Assembly (NCBI RefSeq): GCF_006345805.1
Contig: NC_043006.1
Span: 105,462,001-105,526,000, forward strand
Length of the DNA stretch: 64,000 nucleotides
Direction: 5' to 3'
From: Octopus sinensis
Lineage: Eukaryota
A model generated the notes under the pieces. That model saw nothing but the letters and a program-made list of their open reading frames with translations, was not told the origin of the DNA and made no database searches. Below, one piece after another: positions 53,096-64,000 of the stretch (the first letter of the stretch is position 1; every line of letters starts with the position of its first letter). Made by a program: the position numbers and the translations under genes.

Positions 53096-53374
53096 TACTA
53101 GTAGTAGTAGTAGTAGTAGTAGTAGTAACAGTGATGGTGGTAATGTTCGTGTTGGTAGGGGTATATTCAGTGATAGGCTTATACGTACAAACTTTTGGTG
53201 ATTACGTTGTGTGTGTATGTGTGTGTGTGTTTGTGTGTGTGTGTGTGCGTGTGTGTGTGTGTGTGCGTGTGTGTGTGTGTGTGCTTGTGCATGTATATAT
53301 GTATATGCATATATATACATACAAGCAGGGATACCCTGAGTTGCTCGGGATAAAAAATGCATGGTTTTTTATTG

Positions 53375-53561
53375 TTTTACTTGTTTCAGTAATGTGACTG
53401 CAGCCATGCTGGAGCACTGCTTATAGTCGAAAAACATCGACACCAGAATTTATTCTTTGTAAGCTTAGTACTTATTCTATCAGTGTCTTTTGCTGAACCA
53501 CTAAGTTACGGGGATGCAAACGCAGCAACATCGGTGGTCAAGCGATATTAGGAATACAAAT

Positions 53562-53628
<67 letters not shown>

Positions 53629-53740
53629 CACACACACACAAACACATATACACACACACAATATACAGATATATGTGAGTCTTCTTTCAGTTTCCGAGTA
53701 CGAAATCCACTCACAAGGCATTGGCTGACCTGAGGCTATA
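53375..53740 (-). mobile_element. SINE family A 3' part; the 5' part may continue at 54300-54460
   Basis: Plus strand reads ACTTGTTTCAG...GCCATGCTGGAGCAC (reverse complement of the tail). Confidence 0.8.
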
Positions 53741-53762
53741 ATACATATATATGATATATATA

Positions 53763-53823
<61 letters not shown>

Positions 53824-53858
53824 ATATATAATATGTATATATATATGTATATATATAA

Positions 53859-53893
<35 letters not shown>

Positions 53894-53911
53894 ATATATA
53901 TATATATATAT

Positions 53912-53958
<47 letters not shown>

Positions 53959-53959
53959 T

Positions 53960-54013
<54 letters not shown>

Positions 54014-54014
<1 letters not shown>

Positions 54015-54275
54015 TACCGAAGTTTAAAAATAACAGCCAAAGATCTTAGCTATTTCTTCTACTTTAAAAAGGGACTTGAAGTAGAAGAAATAGCTAAGAT
54101 TTTTGGCTGCTACTTCTAAACTTCGGTATGTGGTAAAGCAAATCTTTGCTGAACCCTTTTATTAAGTATTACTTAAGTTTACCATGAAATGGTCCTTTTT
54201 CATACCGAATTCTACTTGGTGAAATTATTGATTACTTCTTAATTAATAAATTTTACCCTTTGTTATTATTGATAA
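54014..54275 (+). mobile_element. Short microsatellite-flanked element with 54-bp 5' foldback (motif family X)
   Basis: 54014-54067 is the reverse complement of 54076-54129; then TTCGGTATG...TTTGCTGAACCC...AATGGTCC...CATACCGAA. Confidence 0.65.
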
Positions 54276-54459
54276 TAGAATTATATATATATATATATAG
54301 GACAGACTTCTTTCAATTTCCGTCAACCAAATTCACTCACATAGCTTTGGTAAGGCCAAATTTATAGTAGAAGACACATGCCCAAATGGCCAGGCAGTGG
54401 GACTCACCCAGGAACCATGTGATTGGGGATCAAGCTCCTTAGCACAAAGCCACGCCTGC

Positions 54460-54510
<51 letters not shown>

Positions 54511-54884
54511 CGTAAATATAAATATATATATTTGTACATATATATTACACATATATACATCTATCTCTCTCTCTATATATATATATATTACATACATATA
54601 TATATATATACATATACATATATACTTATAGACACATATATATATTCATATGCATATATATATATACATATGCATCTATATATGCATATATATATACATA
54701 TATATACGTACATATATTTACATGTATATACACATATATACATACATATATACATATATGCACATTTATAGCCAGTGGGGTTGTGTCATTTGAAGGCTAA
54801 AACAATGCGAAGCGCATTGTGACCAGCGATGTGTAGCAGCATCTGATAGCCTGGTTGGTCACGTGACCACGTGATATACATATA

Positions 54885-55246
54885 TACAGTGTTATTCAAA
54901 CAGAATGAACCGATTCTCATTATGCAATATTTTAATAAGGAAAAAACAATAGAAAACTCCAGGTTATTTCACAGTATTTACTCAGAAGCAAATTTTATTT
55001 CCCGTTTTAGAAGTGTTCGATGTGGCCACCACCTGCAGCATGGAAAATATCAATGCGATAAGCGAACTCCTCCCGGATGCGTATGTGCTCGGTCTGCGAG
55101 ATCCCCAGACCTTTCCGTGTGTAATTTTTTTCTTGCGAAGGTGTGTAAAAGTTCGCGTTTATGTTCCACCGCTACCCACTAACCGCGATAACCTTAAAAC
55201 ATCGAATAACAACAGCGATCAACTCAGTGGATCGTGATATGCTGAT
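54885..55246 (+). mobile_element. Tc1/mariner non-autonomous derivative, same family as 43305-43800, truncated
   Basis: TA|CAGTGTTATTCAAACAGAATGAACCGATT end; RSPDLSVCNFFL, VKVRVYVPPLP and RITTAINSVDRDML. Confidence 0.8.
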
Positions 55247-56067
55247 ATTGAAATATTTCGCGAGTCTGAGAAACGTGGTGTCTGCAACTGAAGTTACAGT
55301 GAAAATGTTGAAGCAAGTTTTGGCGAAGCGGTTCATGCCTTCAGCATTTTAAAGCCTGTTTGAAAGGCAAATATCTGTCCAAAAATATTAAAATATGCAT
55401 TTTCAATACGAAGGACAAATCCTTCTTGTTTTACGATGCAGAGTTATAGTAAGTAAACCCAAACACCCGCAAAAAGCTCCAAACTCTCGCGAACACATTC
55501 AGAACATCTTAAATATTAGGCACCTTGCTATAGTGAATAATAAAACCCAGTAGGAACGCATCGGCCAACAAACAGTGATATATATATCACTTATATATAT
55601 CACTGTTAAAAAGACTAGATGGATGTGGAGAAAACTCAGGTTGAAACCCACAAAGAGGAAAAAGAAGGCAGGGCGCGCAAGAATCACCGAATGGAGATTA
55701 GTAAAGGAGGAATCGAAGATAACGTGGAAGAGACGGATGTAAGTGATGAAAAAAGGAAAACAAGATATAGAAGGCTGAGCGCATAGGATAACTGCTGTGG
55801 AGAGTCAATGCCCTGCATAGAGTAGAAACAAGTCAGAATGATTAAGGGGACGATAATGCTTGGAATATTGTGGGAAAAATACGAGTTGAATGACCAAAGA
55901 AATATTATTCATTGGTAAATAATGTTTGTTTGTTTCAGTGTTGTGGCTTTTTTGTTTCCACTATTGTTGATTTTGATGTTGTTAGTGTTGTTTCGAATCA
56001 TGGTAGCCTTGTGATAATCTAGTATTGTCACCAGTTGAAATTGTTTATTGTCCTTCAACTGTAGGGA

Positions 56068-56137
<70 letters not shown>

Positions 56138-58764
56138 TAATGTTCTAAAAGAAGAAATGACTACTGTTATGATTATGGGTATGTCTTATCCTCCCGGCTT
56201 ACACATATCTTTAATCAAAGACGTCCCACCCATGACATATCCCACCTTATTTTAGACATAATAGATCTAGGGTTGAATCATCCTGACATGTTGGAACATG
56301 GTAGAATATGATTCCTGGCAAATTCAGCAGCTATTTCTAGGAGGTCGTGCAAACTGCTCAGAAAGTATTGTTGTTGGTGTTGTTGTTTGTAGCCCTAGGT
56401 CAGATCTCTTCTATCAAACGTATGGCACTTAGGTAGTCGGCGAAATTACTAGTTGCTAGCTATAGCTTATAATTCTAAATACATCAGAACTTCATTTAGT
56501 TGAAGAATATATGCTTCGTTCTCCTTCATATTAGAAGAAATACGACTGAAAACAGTTCTTCTATGACCATTTTCTTTTGTTTTCAAATACATTTAAATCT
56601 AATTCCTTATCTTTAAAGTAGCTGGTATTACTTGAGGAAGAATTGACTGCTATTTCTAGCTTAGCGTGGAACTGCTTTTAAAGTTGTTTTTTTGGGGTGG
56701 GGGTGGGGGGGTCATGAAATAGTTGGCAAGTTTTCTCTATGTTCATAAATATATATATATATATGCTAATATATAAACATACAAGGAACACATCTATAAA
56801 TTTACACAATAAAATAGTAATATATGTTAATCTATGCGCTGATTCAATGACCTTTATTTTCCCCTAGAATTAAATAATCTGGGGCATTCATTTGTTTTTT
56901 GTTCAGTCTTTCATAAGTGTATTTCAGTTATTGTTTTAAGGTTTTTGAAGTCTGATGCAGCTGTCGTTGAATGGCCCCTAGATCAGGAATTTGTCAATTA
57001 ATTTACTCTCCCGTATGCCATGAAGTAAACATTCAGTATTGCTGCCCCTACTCCTGTTGACTCTACTTTCCGTTTTTTACGTTATTAAACTTATTAATCA
57101 CCCTATTTTATTTTAATTAATTTTAATTTTAATTCTAGAGATTGATGTTGCTACCCCTCTTAACTAGACTAATTGAGATAAACTGTGGTTCATCTCATTT
57201 TATTGTTTTATTTTATTCATTCGTTTCATTCATTGAACTGAGGCCATGCTGGAGCATCAGGCTACTGAAATCCTATCACTAGTGCCTCTCTCATTATATT
57301 ACATATTTCCATTTTTATGTCTTTGATTGGCTTCCATAGTTTAAGTTATTGAAAGCCGTACGCTCAAACCTGTTCCTATATGTTAAATATTACGAAGATG
57401 AAGAAATGGAGTAAAATAAGACTCGAATGCCAAAGGTAAAGTGTTTTATTGGGTATTTTAAAAACAGTAGGCGTACATTTTCAGCTTTAATAAAGTACCA
57501 CGGACGTGCACGCGCGCGATATATGTTGCAGGATCTTATAATCATTCTGCTTCTGATTCCGTTACTTAACCCGTCGGTAACACTTTCACGTGATTAGAGA
57601 AACAGAAGGAAAAAGTAGAGAGGGAGAGAGAAAAATAGGGAAAGAAGTGTCTACAACGTGAGGTAGAGGGGATGTAATTGTAACGCTTTCACGTGGTTAG
57701 TTGAAGAGAAAAAGAAGAGAAAGGAAAAGGAGAAACAAGAAAAAAGTATGAAGCGAAGAGTGAGTCAGAGAGAGAGGGAGAAAGAAAAGAGGGAGAGAGA
57801 AGAGTCCATGACGTAAGGTAGCGGGAACATAATATTTATTAAGTGGTTGAAAAAAGTTAGTTGAAGGTAGTGATGATACTGAGTAGGAGAGTTAGAAATA
57901 TAATTTTAGCAGAAGGGTGATGTTCTGATGGTGAGGTTAAAGAAAGTTAGAGAGAGGGGGGCAGGGACAGAGAGAGGGGGGCAGGGACAGAGAGAGGGGG
58001 GAGAGAGAGGGGGAGAGAAAGATGATGATGGTGGTGGTGATTGAATAGTGAAAAGTGTATTTTTTAAAATTGAACTAAGTTTTTTTTCTATCACCTGTCA
58101 CTTAACGCATCCTTATAAGTGCAATTCCGTGAAATATTCCCACCTATTCACGTGACAAATACATGCAATTTAACCACAGGTTGTATCATATGTGCGAGAT
58201 TTTTTATGTTGTTGTTTATAAGAAAAATGGCAAAATAAGAGAGATTATTTAATTTATGAGTGCTGTGTATTAAGTTTATAGAATTGTGCATAAAGTCTAT
58301 AAAGTATAAATATATATAAAGTGCATTAAGTAATCATCGCATTTCCATTTCTTTCACTTTTCAATGAGCGACAGATGAGTGACTATCTTTCCATACAGAC
58401 ACAACACAGGCTACACTTTCAGTTTTTTTGGATAAAGTTTTCAGAAATAACTCAATAGGTTAACTATTAATTCTGTGAAATATTCACGGGTCCCGATAGT
58501 AAAATAAAAGAATATACATATACTTACGGAATGAAGTTTACGATAAGGAGTTAAGTATATATCGATGAATTATTTGTAGAATATTATCTAAGTTTAATAT
58601 ATGTGTATCTAAGTTAAATAAGGTAATTTTTTAGATTTTTCAAAATTCGTATTCATGGACAAGGTCTTGTTTTGGTACAAGAAATATGGGCACTTAAATA
58701 TTGTTCGTAATACAGACTTCAGCAAGGTCATGGTGAGGAGGAAGCATATAGTGTTAGGAAATAG

Positions 58765-58975
58765 TGATATCAAATTTTGGCACAAGGCTATCAATTTCGG
58801 GGAGAGACTAAGTCGATTACATCGACCCCAGTACTTCACTGGTACTTATTTTACCGACTCCGAAAAGATAAAAGGCAAAGTTGACCTTGGTGGAATTTGA
58901 ACTCAGAGCGTAAAAACGGACGAAATATTGCTAGGAAATGTTCCGTGTGCTAAGAATTTCATTGTCTCGCCACCT
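58765..58975 (-). mobile_element. SINE family B, diverged
   Basis: AAGTCGATTACATCGACCCCAG...AAAGGCAAAGTTGACC. Confidence 0.8.
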
Positions 58976-59974
58976 TATGTGACACGTGAAACCCAAAAAG
59001 CATTCATTGCTAATTATTTATGTGATGCCTCTCTTAAAGGCGATGCGTAGCAGTGTCAGTTGCGTGCTAAAGCAAATGCATCGTGGCATTTGCATTCCCC
59101 CATTTACGTCCTATGATCAAATGGGGGAATCTAAAGTCTCTGCTGAGACTTTATTCTTCTGAGAATTACAAATTCTCGAAGTTATATTTTAATTGACTGT
59201 AGACTTGTGCAAAATATTTAATACACTCTGTTATTAGCCTTTTGTTAAATTTTTTTATAGTGTTCTAGATAGCAATGATATTGATAAATAGCCTTAGAGT
59301 ACATCTAGGTTCGTCTTATGTTCTATAAGAATTGCTGAACACAATTCCAAAGCTGAGAAATGAACGGATACTAAGCAATTTCTTGGAGACAAATCGTCAT
59401 TCGTGTCTGTACCTGTAGAATGTTAACTGTTAGCATGTTGACGGTTAGCGGGACAAAAAAAAAAAAAAGAAGCTCAAACGCTCATTAAGTCTGTTTGTGT
59501 TTAGTTTGTTCTCTAGGCCTACTTTCTTAAGCATATATTTGTTCGCTACTTGGTATCTTGTCTGTTATAGATTCTCTATTAATTAAACTTATTTGATACG
59601 TAAAAACGTTCCCTATGACTTATTTTCATTCATAAATATTTTTCGACTTTCTTTGAAAAACTTGTGTATTTTCTTCATGCATGTGTGTTTTTGGCATATT
59701 AAAAAATTTACATTCTGTCAGTATTTTCTCGATAAGAATGGACAAAGTAAACAAGTTTGAAAACTATTGAGAACTCCTTAATAAAAAAGGACCCCTGAAG
59801 AATGATCAGCCAAACCGCATCGATGCGGAAACCATTCCCACGCATAGACGTCCTAGAAATTACACTGCTTTGCTCTTTTTCATCAAAACACATTTCTTTG
59901 GAATAAATTGTCTTTGTTTCGATTAGTTTTCAAGATGACGAACAATTTAGTAACATAACTTAGTCATTATTAAG

Positions 59975-60241
59975 CTTGCGTTTGGAGCTTCCCAACTGGC
60001 GGAAATGCGTGGGCGGGCAGCTGAAGACCTGGGCTACGACAATCAAAGAGGACCTCTCCATGCTCACGGGTCCGCAGGTGGTCGGCCTGCGCCGATGGAA
60101 CCGTGACTGCTCGCTATCTCCAGTGAACTGGCGCAGGACCGTCGTGCGTGGGCTGCCATGGTTCGAGATGCCTCGAGGGTGGTAGAAAAAGCCGACTCAA
60201 CCCGCCCAGGGTGAATGTCGCCACAAGTACAAGTAAGTAAG
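59975..60241 (+). mobile_element. RTE-clade LINE 3' end
   Basis: PNWRKCVGGQLKTWATTIKEDL...GLRRWNRD, then ELAQDRRAWAAMVRDA in another frame; tail ACAAGTACAAGTAAGTAAG; GC-rich relative to flanks. Confidence 0.8.
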
Positions 60242-61152
60242 TTCTGTTTGGAGCATAAATTAACATGAGATTTTGATGGGAAGTTTTGCTTTAGGTCACT
60301 TTATAACTGGGAGTTTGTATCATAGAACCAGTGGCGGACTTTGGTGGGTTGGTATGAAAAGGGTTAACTAGTTTAGGGTTATGAATCTCTAGTACACTCC
60401 AGTTCCAAAACTTTTCATTTTGTATATCAGATATGCTAAATCTAGTTCTACGTAGAAGTCGAAGTAAATTATTATCTGAAATACTCTAGCTTGATCATTG
60501 GTACTTTCCAGAGTTGATATTCGCGATGGGGGTGCTTGTTGTACATTGCTTAATCTTTGCTACTGTTTCTACCTCGCATGCCTTGTCTTTGGCACATATT
60601 ATCTCTATTTTCAAAACGTCAAACATAATGATGATGCTTACGAATACGGTTCATCTGTGTCCAAGCGAGGTAGTTGTCAGTAAATCTAGGCTTCTCAAAA
60701 CCTAATAGACACAGTATAAAAAAGTCATATGGGTGGAAATTCTTCGCCAATTTGAAATAGTTTGGATGCGTGACCCTTTATCCTAGAAAAAAATTTATCG
60801 GAACCATGTTTTAGAGAGCTGTGCAAAATAAGGCATCAGACAGCATAAATGGCACAAGGAAAAGATTACGAAAGCTAATTCTCAAAGACAATAAGATGAA
60901 GGTTAAGTAATCGAATATTATTGTCAAAGAAAATCAGGGAGGTATCAGTCTCAACAGATTACGTATCTCAAAAATTAAGTGAAGAAATTAATTATCTAAG
61001 TAAAAAGGATCTAGAAATTAGTATAACCAGAATGTGGGGTTGAAAACTGAAACAATGTTTACAATAGGTAGCTTCAGAATGTTTTAAGAAAAACATGAAG
61101 ACAAATATAAAAATTAAAAAAAATACGATTTTATAAATATATGCAGTATACC

Positions 61153-61558
61153 TATTTCTTTACTACCCACAAGGGGCTAAACATAGAGGGGACAGACAAG
61201 GACAGACAAAGGGATTAAGTCGATTACATTGACCCCAGTGCGTAACTGGTAGTTAATTTATCGACTCCGAAAGGATGAAAAGCAAAGTCGACCTCGGCGG
61301 AATTTGAACTCAGAACGTAACGGCAGACGAAATACGGCTACGCATTTTGCCCGGCGCGCTAACGTTTCTGCCAGCTCATCGTCTTCAAATATATGCAGTG
61401 TACCTATTTCTTTACTACCCACAAGGGGCTAAACACAGAGGGGACAAACAAGGACAGACAAACGGATTAAGTCGATTACATCGACCCCAGTGCATAACTG
61501 ATACATAGTTTATCGACCCCGACAGAATGAAAGGCAAAGTCCACCTCGGCGGAACTTC
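61153..61558 (-). mobile_element. Two tandem SINE family B copies bounded by a thrice-repeated 18-bp target sequence
   Basis: AAATATATRCAGTRTACC at 61135-61152, 61387-61404 and 61559-61576. Confidence 0.88.
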
Positions 61559-62104
61559 AAATATATACAGTATACCGTTAACTATATTTCTAAGCACTGT
61601 ACATGTCTGAAGTTGCTTTTAAAACTATAGAAACCATAAAGACAAAAACAAAACACTGCATATACCCTAAAGTTTGAAATCTGTGTACGATAAAACAGTA
61701 AATGCTAAAAGCACAAAGCGCGGTTTTTCACATGATAGTTTACTAATTACAAATGTTATCTATAAAATATAAGTTGTTTAATTAACTGTTGTTGTTTAAT
61801 ATAGCTATTTTACAAAATAAATAATCCAGTCTAATAAAAAAAAAAAAAGGAGTGTAGACAACGTAATCTTTGTAACATGCCAATGAATTTCATAATTGTA
61901 TTCTAAACATTTTTAACATTTATTTACGAATTACAAATTAAAATTAAAAATAATTGCAGCGTAAAGAACGCAATTAGGAAGTTAGTTCAATGAATGAAAC
62001 TTCAAAATTGGATCCGGTTATGCATGAAGAGATAAACATGTTTTTGTTTCTCTTTTTAAATATGTTACATTGTCGTGTTGGCATATGATTATTATTATTA
62101 TTAT

Positions 62105-62143
<39 letters not shown>

Positions 62144-62416
62144 CAGTAGTAGTAGTAGTAGTAGTAGTAGTCTACTACAGCAACTACTACTACATCCTAC
62201 TAATATATCCTACGCTAGTATATATTGAATACAACTTTTGAAAATTATACGCTGTTGATATGAGTTACACACCTGATAGGTACCCACACATTGCATACAT
62301 GTAAACACACACACATATGCATGTGTATATACCTGTGTATGTATATGTGTGTATGTGTATGTATGCGTATGTATGTGTATGCATGTGTATGTATATGGAT
62401 GTGTATATATATATAT

Positions 62417-62715
62417 ATCACCGTGATCACCGTGACCGACCAGACTATCAGTTGTTGAAACACATCGCTGGTCACAATGCGCTTTGCATTGTTTTAGCCT
62501 CCAAATGACGCCACCCCGCTGGCTAAGCGAGCAGGCCAACAGAAGAAAGAGTGAGAGAAAGACTACAGCAGGGACCGCCACCATCCTCTACCGGAGATTC
62601 GTGTAGCTTTAGGTATTTTCGCTCAATAAACACTCACAACGCCCGGTCTGGGAATCGAAACCGCGATCCTACAACCGCGAGTCCGCTGCCCTAACCACTG
62701 GGTCATTGCGCCTCC
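62417..62715 (-). mobile_element. tRNA-derived SINE family C, full-length (tail fragments also at ~44640-44782 and ~54768-54875)
   Basis: GGAGGCGCAATGACCCAGTGGTTAGGGCAGCGGACTCGCGG...GGTTTCGATTCCC; tail GGCTAAAACAATGCAAAGCGCATTGTGACCAGCGATG...CACGGTGATCACGGTGAT; resembles octopus OR-type SINEs (recalled). Confidence 0.85.
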
Positions 62716-62716
62716 A

Positions 62717-62765
<49 letters not shown>

Positions 62766-62797
62766 GTTTGTACATATATATATATACATACATATAT

Positions 62798-62834
<37 letters not shown>

Positions 62835-64000
62835 CATACATACATACATACATACATACATACGAGTTTTGTGTACGTTTGCGTGTTTGTATTAGAAGGT
62901 GTGTATCTATGTATGTTTGTATAACCACATGAATGTGTGCATAGTTTTGTGCGCGCTCAACCGTGACGAATACCAGCCGATAACTGGAGCAGCACATTCT
63001 TCCTCTGAATGTCAAATCGTGGCAGTTCCGCTGCTTCAAGGTCGGACTGTTGAGAGTGTGTCTACTCTCTGCGCTCGACCACACAAGAACTTAAAACTCT
63101 CAACGTAAGCCATGCTAGCTTGCGAATGACGTCTCTAGTTTTATTATTCTTTATGTATTTATGTATGTATGTATGGGCAAAATATGTAGGCATGTACGTA
63201 TGAATATATGTATATATTTATGTATGCACGTATGTATGTTTTCATGTTTGTATGTATTATGCATGTATGTGTCACTATATGAGTGTATATAAGTGGTTTT
63301 TCTTCGAGATTTACGTAAGCATTTGGCAGTAATCGAACCAGTCGCTCATGAAGTGACATGACATTTTTGCTGAAATAATATAATTCCAAAGAATTGTGAA
63401 TAGGTGAGAGATTTAGTGTATTGCTTATATACGAGCGTCTATTCATATTTTTGCACATATTCATAGATGTATGCATCTCTATTGTAGAACTGAACGTCAT
63501 ATCCGGTATGTATATATGTTTTGAGTTAGGTAGGTACGTATGTACGCACGTACGTTGTTATAACTCTATGTATTTTGACGCAGTATAGTCCATTGGTATG
63601 CATGCTGTATATATATAAGCACAGATAATTCTGTATGTCTGTATATGTGTAATTATGCATGTTTGTTCTGTTTTTAATCATTTAAAATTCTTCCTCAGAG
63701 GAAGAAGCCGGTTTCTAACAAAGAAACAAAGTTCCCTCGTAGATAACGAAAAAAATATCACATCTTCAACCTGAGAAAAGTCTTGCAAAGTCATTCTGTT
63801 CTGCTTACAGATTGTATTTGTAATGTGTGAATCAGTTGGTAGATTTCATCTTCTAAAAACCCACGCTTATCCAGACTGACAGTTACGCATTTACTTACTA
63901 AACCAAGAGCTCCAATAATTACTGGTATAAATGGAAATTTGTAATTCGGATACAAAAGCTGAATCTTTTGATGAAGTTGTCCATAGTTACCTTCCTCTTT

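Overview
AT-rich, gene-poor eukaryotic (animal) DNA saturated with (TA)n, (CA)n, (GA)n, (GATA)n and (TAG)n microsatellites. The repeat repertoire suggests an Octopus/coleoid cephalopod genome (inference from recalled repeat families, not a database search). No intact host protein-coding gene could be supported, and almost all long ORFs in the track are microsatellite read-throughs. Recognisable content: many tRNA-derived SINEs of at least four families; fragments of CR1-, RTE- and R4/Dong-like LINEs; Penelope-like element (PLE) RT and GIY-YIG relics; non-autonomous Helitrons; Tc1/mariner foldback derivatives; a TIR element filled with degenerate TTAGGG repeats; and a tRNA-Met-like pseudogene with an intron-position insert. 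The most notable signal is a set of short, non-coding, mostly (TA)n-embedded elements with PLE-type architecture (partial tandem repeat and/or 5' inversion). Several carry minimal type I hammerhead ribozyme folds, best at 5243-5280, 12365-12427, 32173-32220 and 37171-37227, and resemble retrozymes. A related group (7712-8594, ~18000, ~50720, ~54014) shares a different conserved, apparently structured motif (TTCGGTATG...GGTCC...CATRCCGAA) that I cannot assign to a known RNA class. All coordinates were read by eye; repeat boundaries are approximate.
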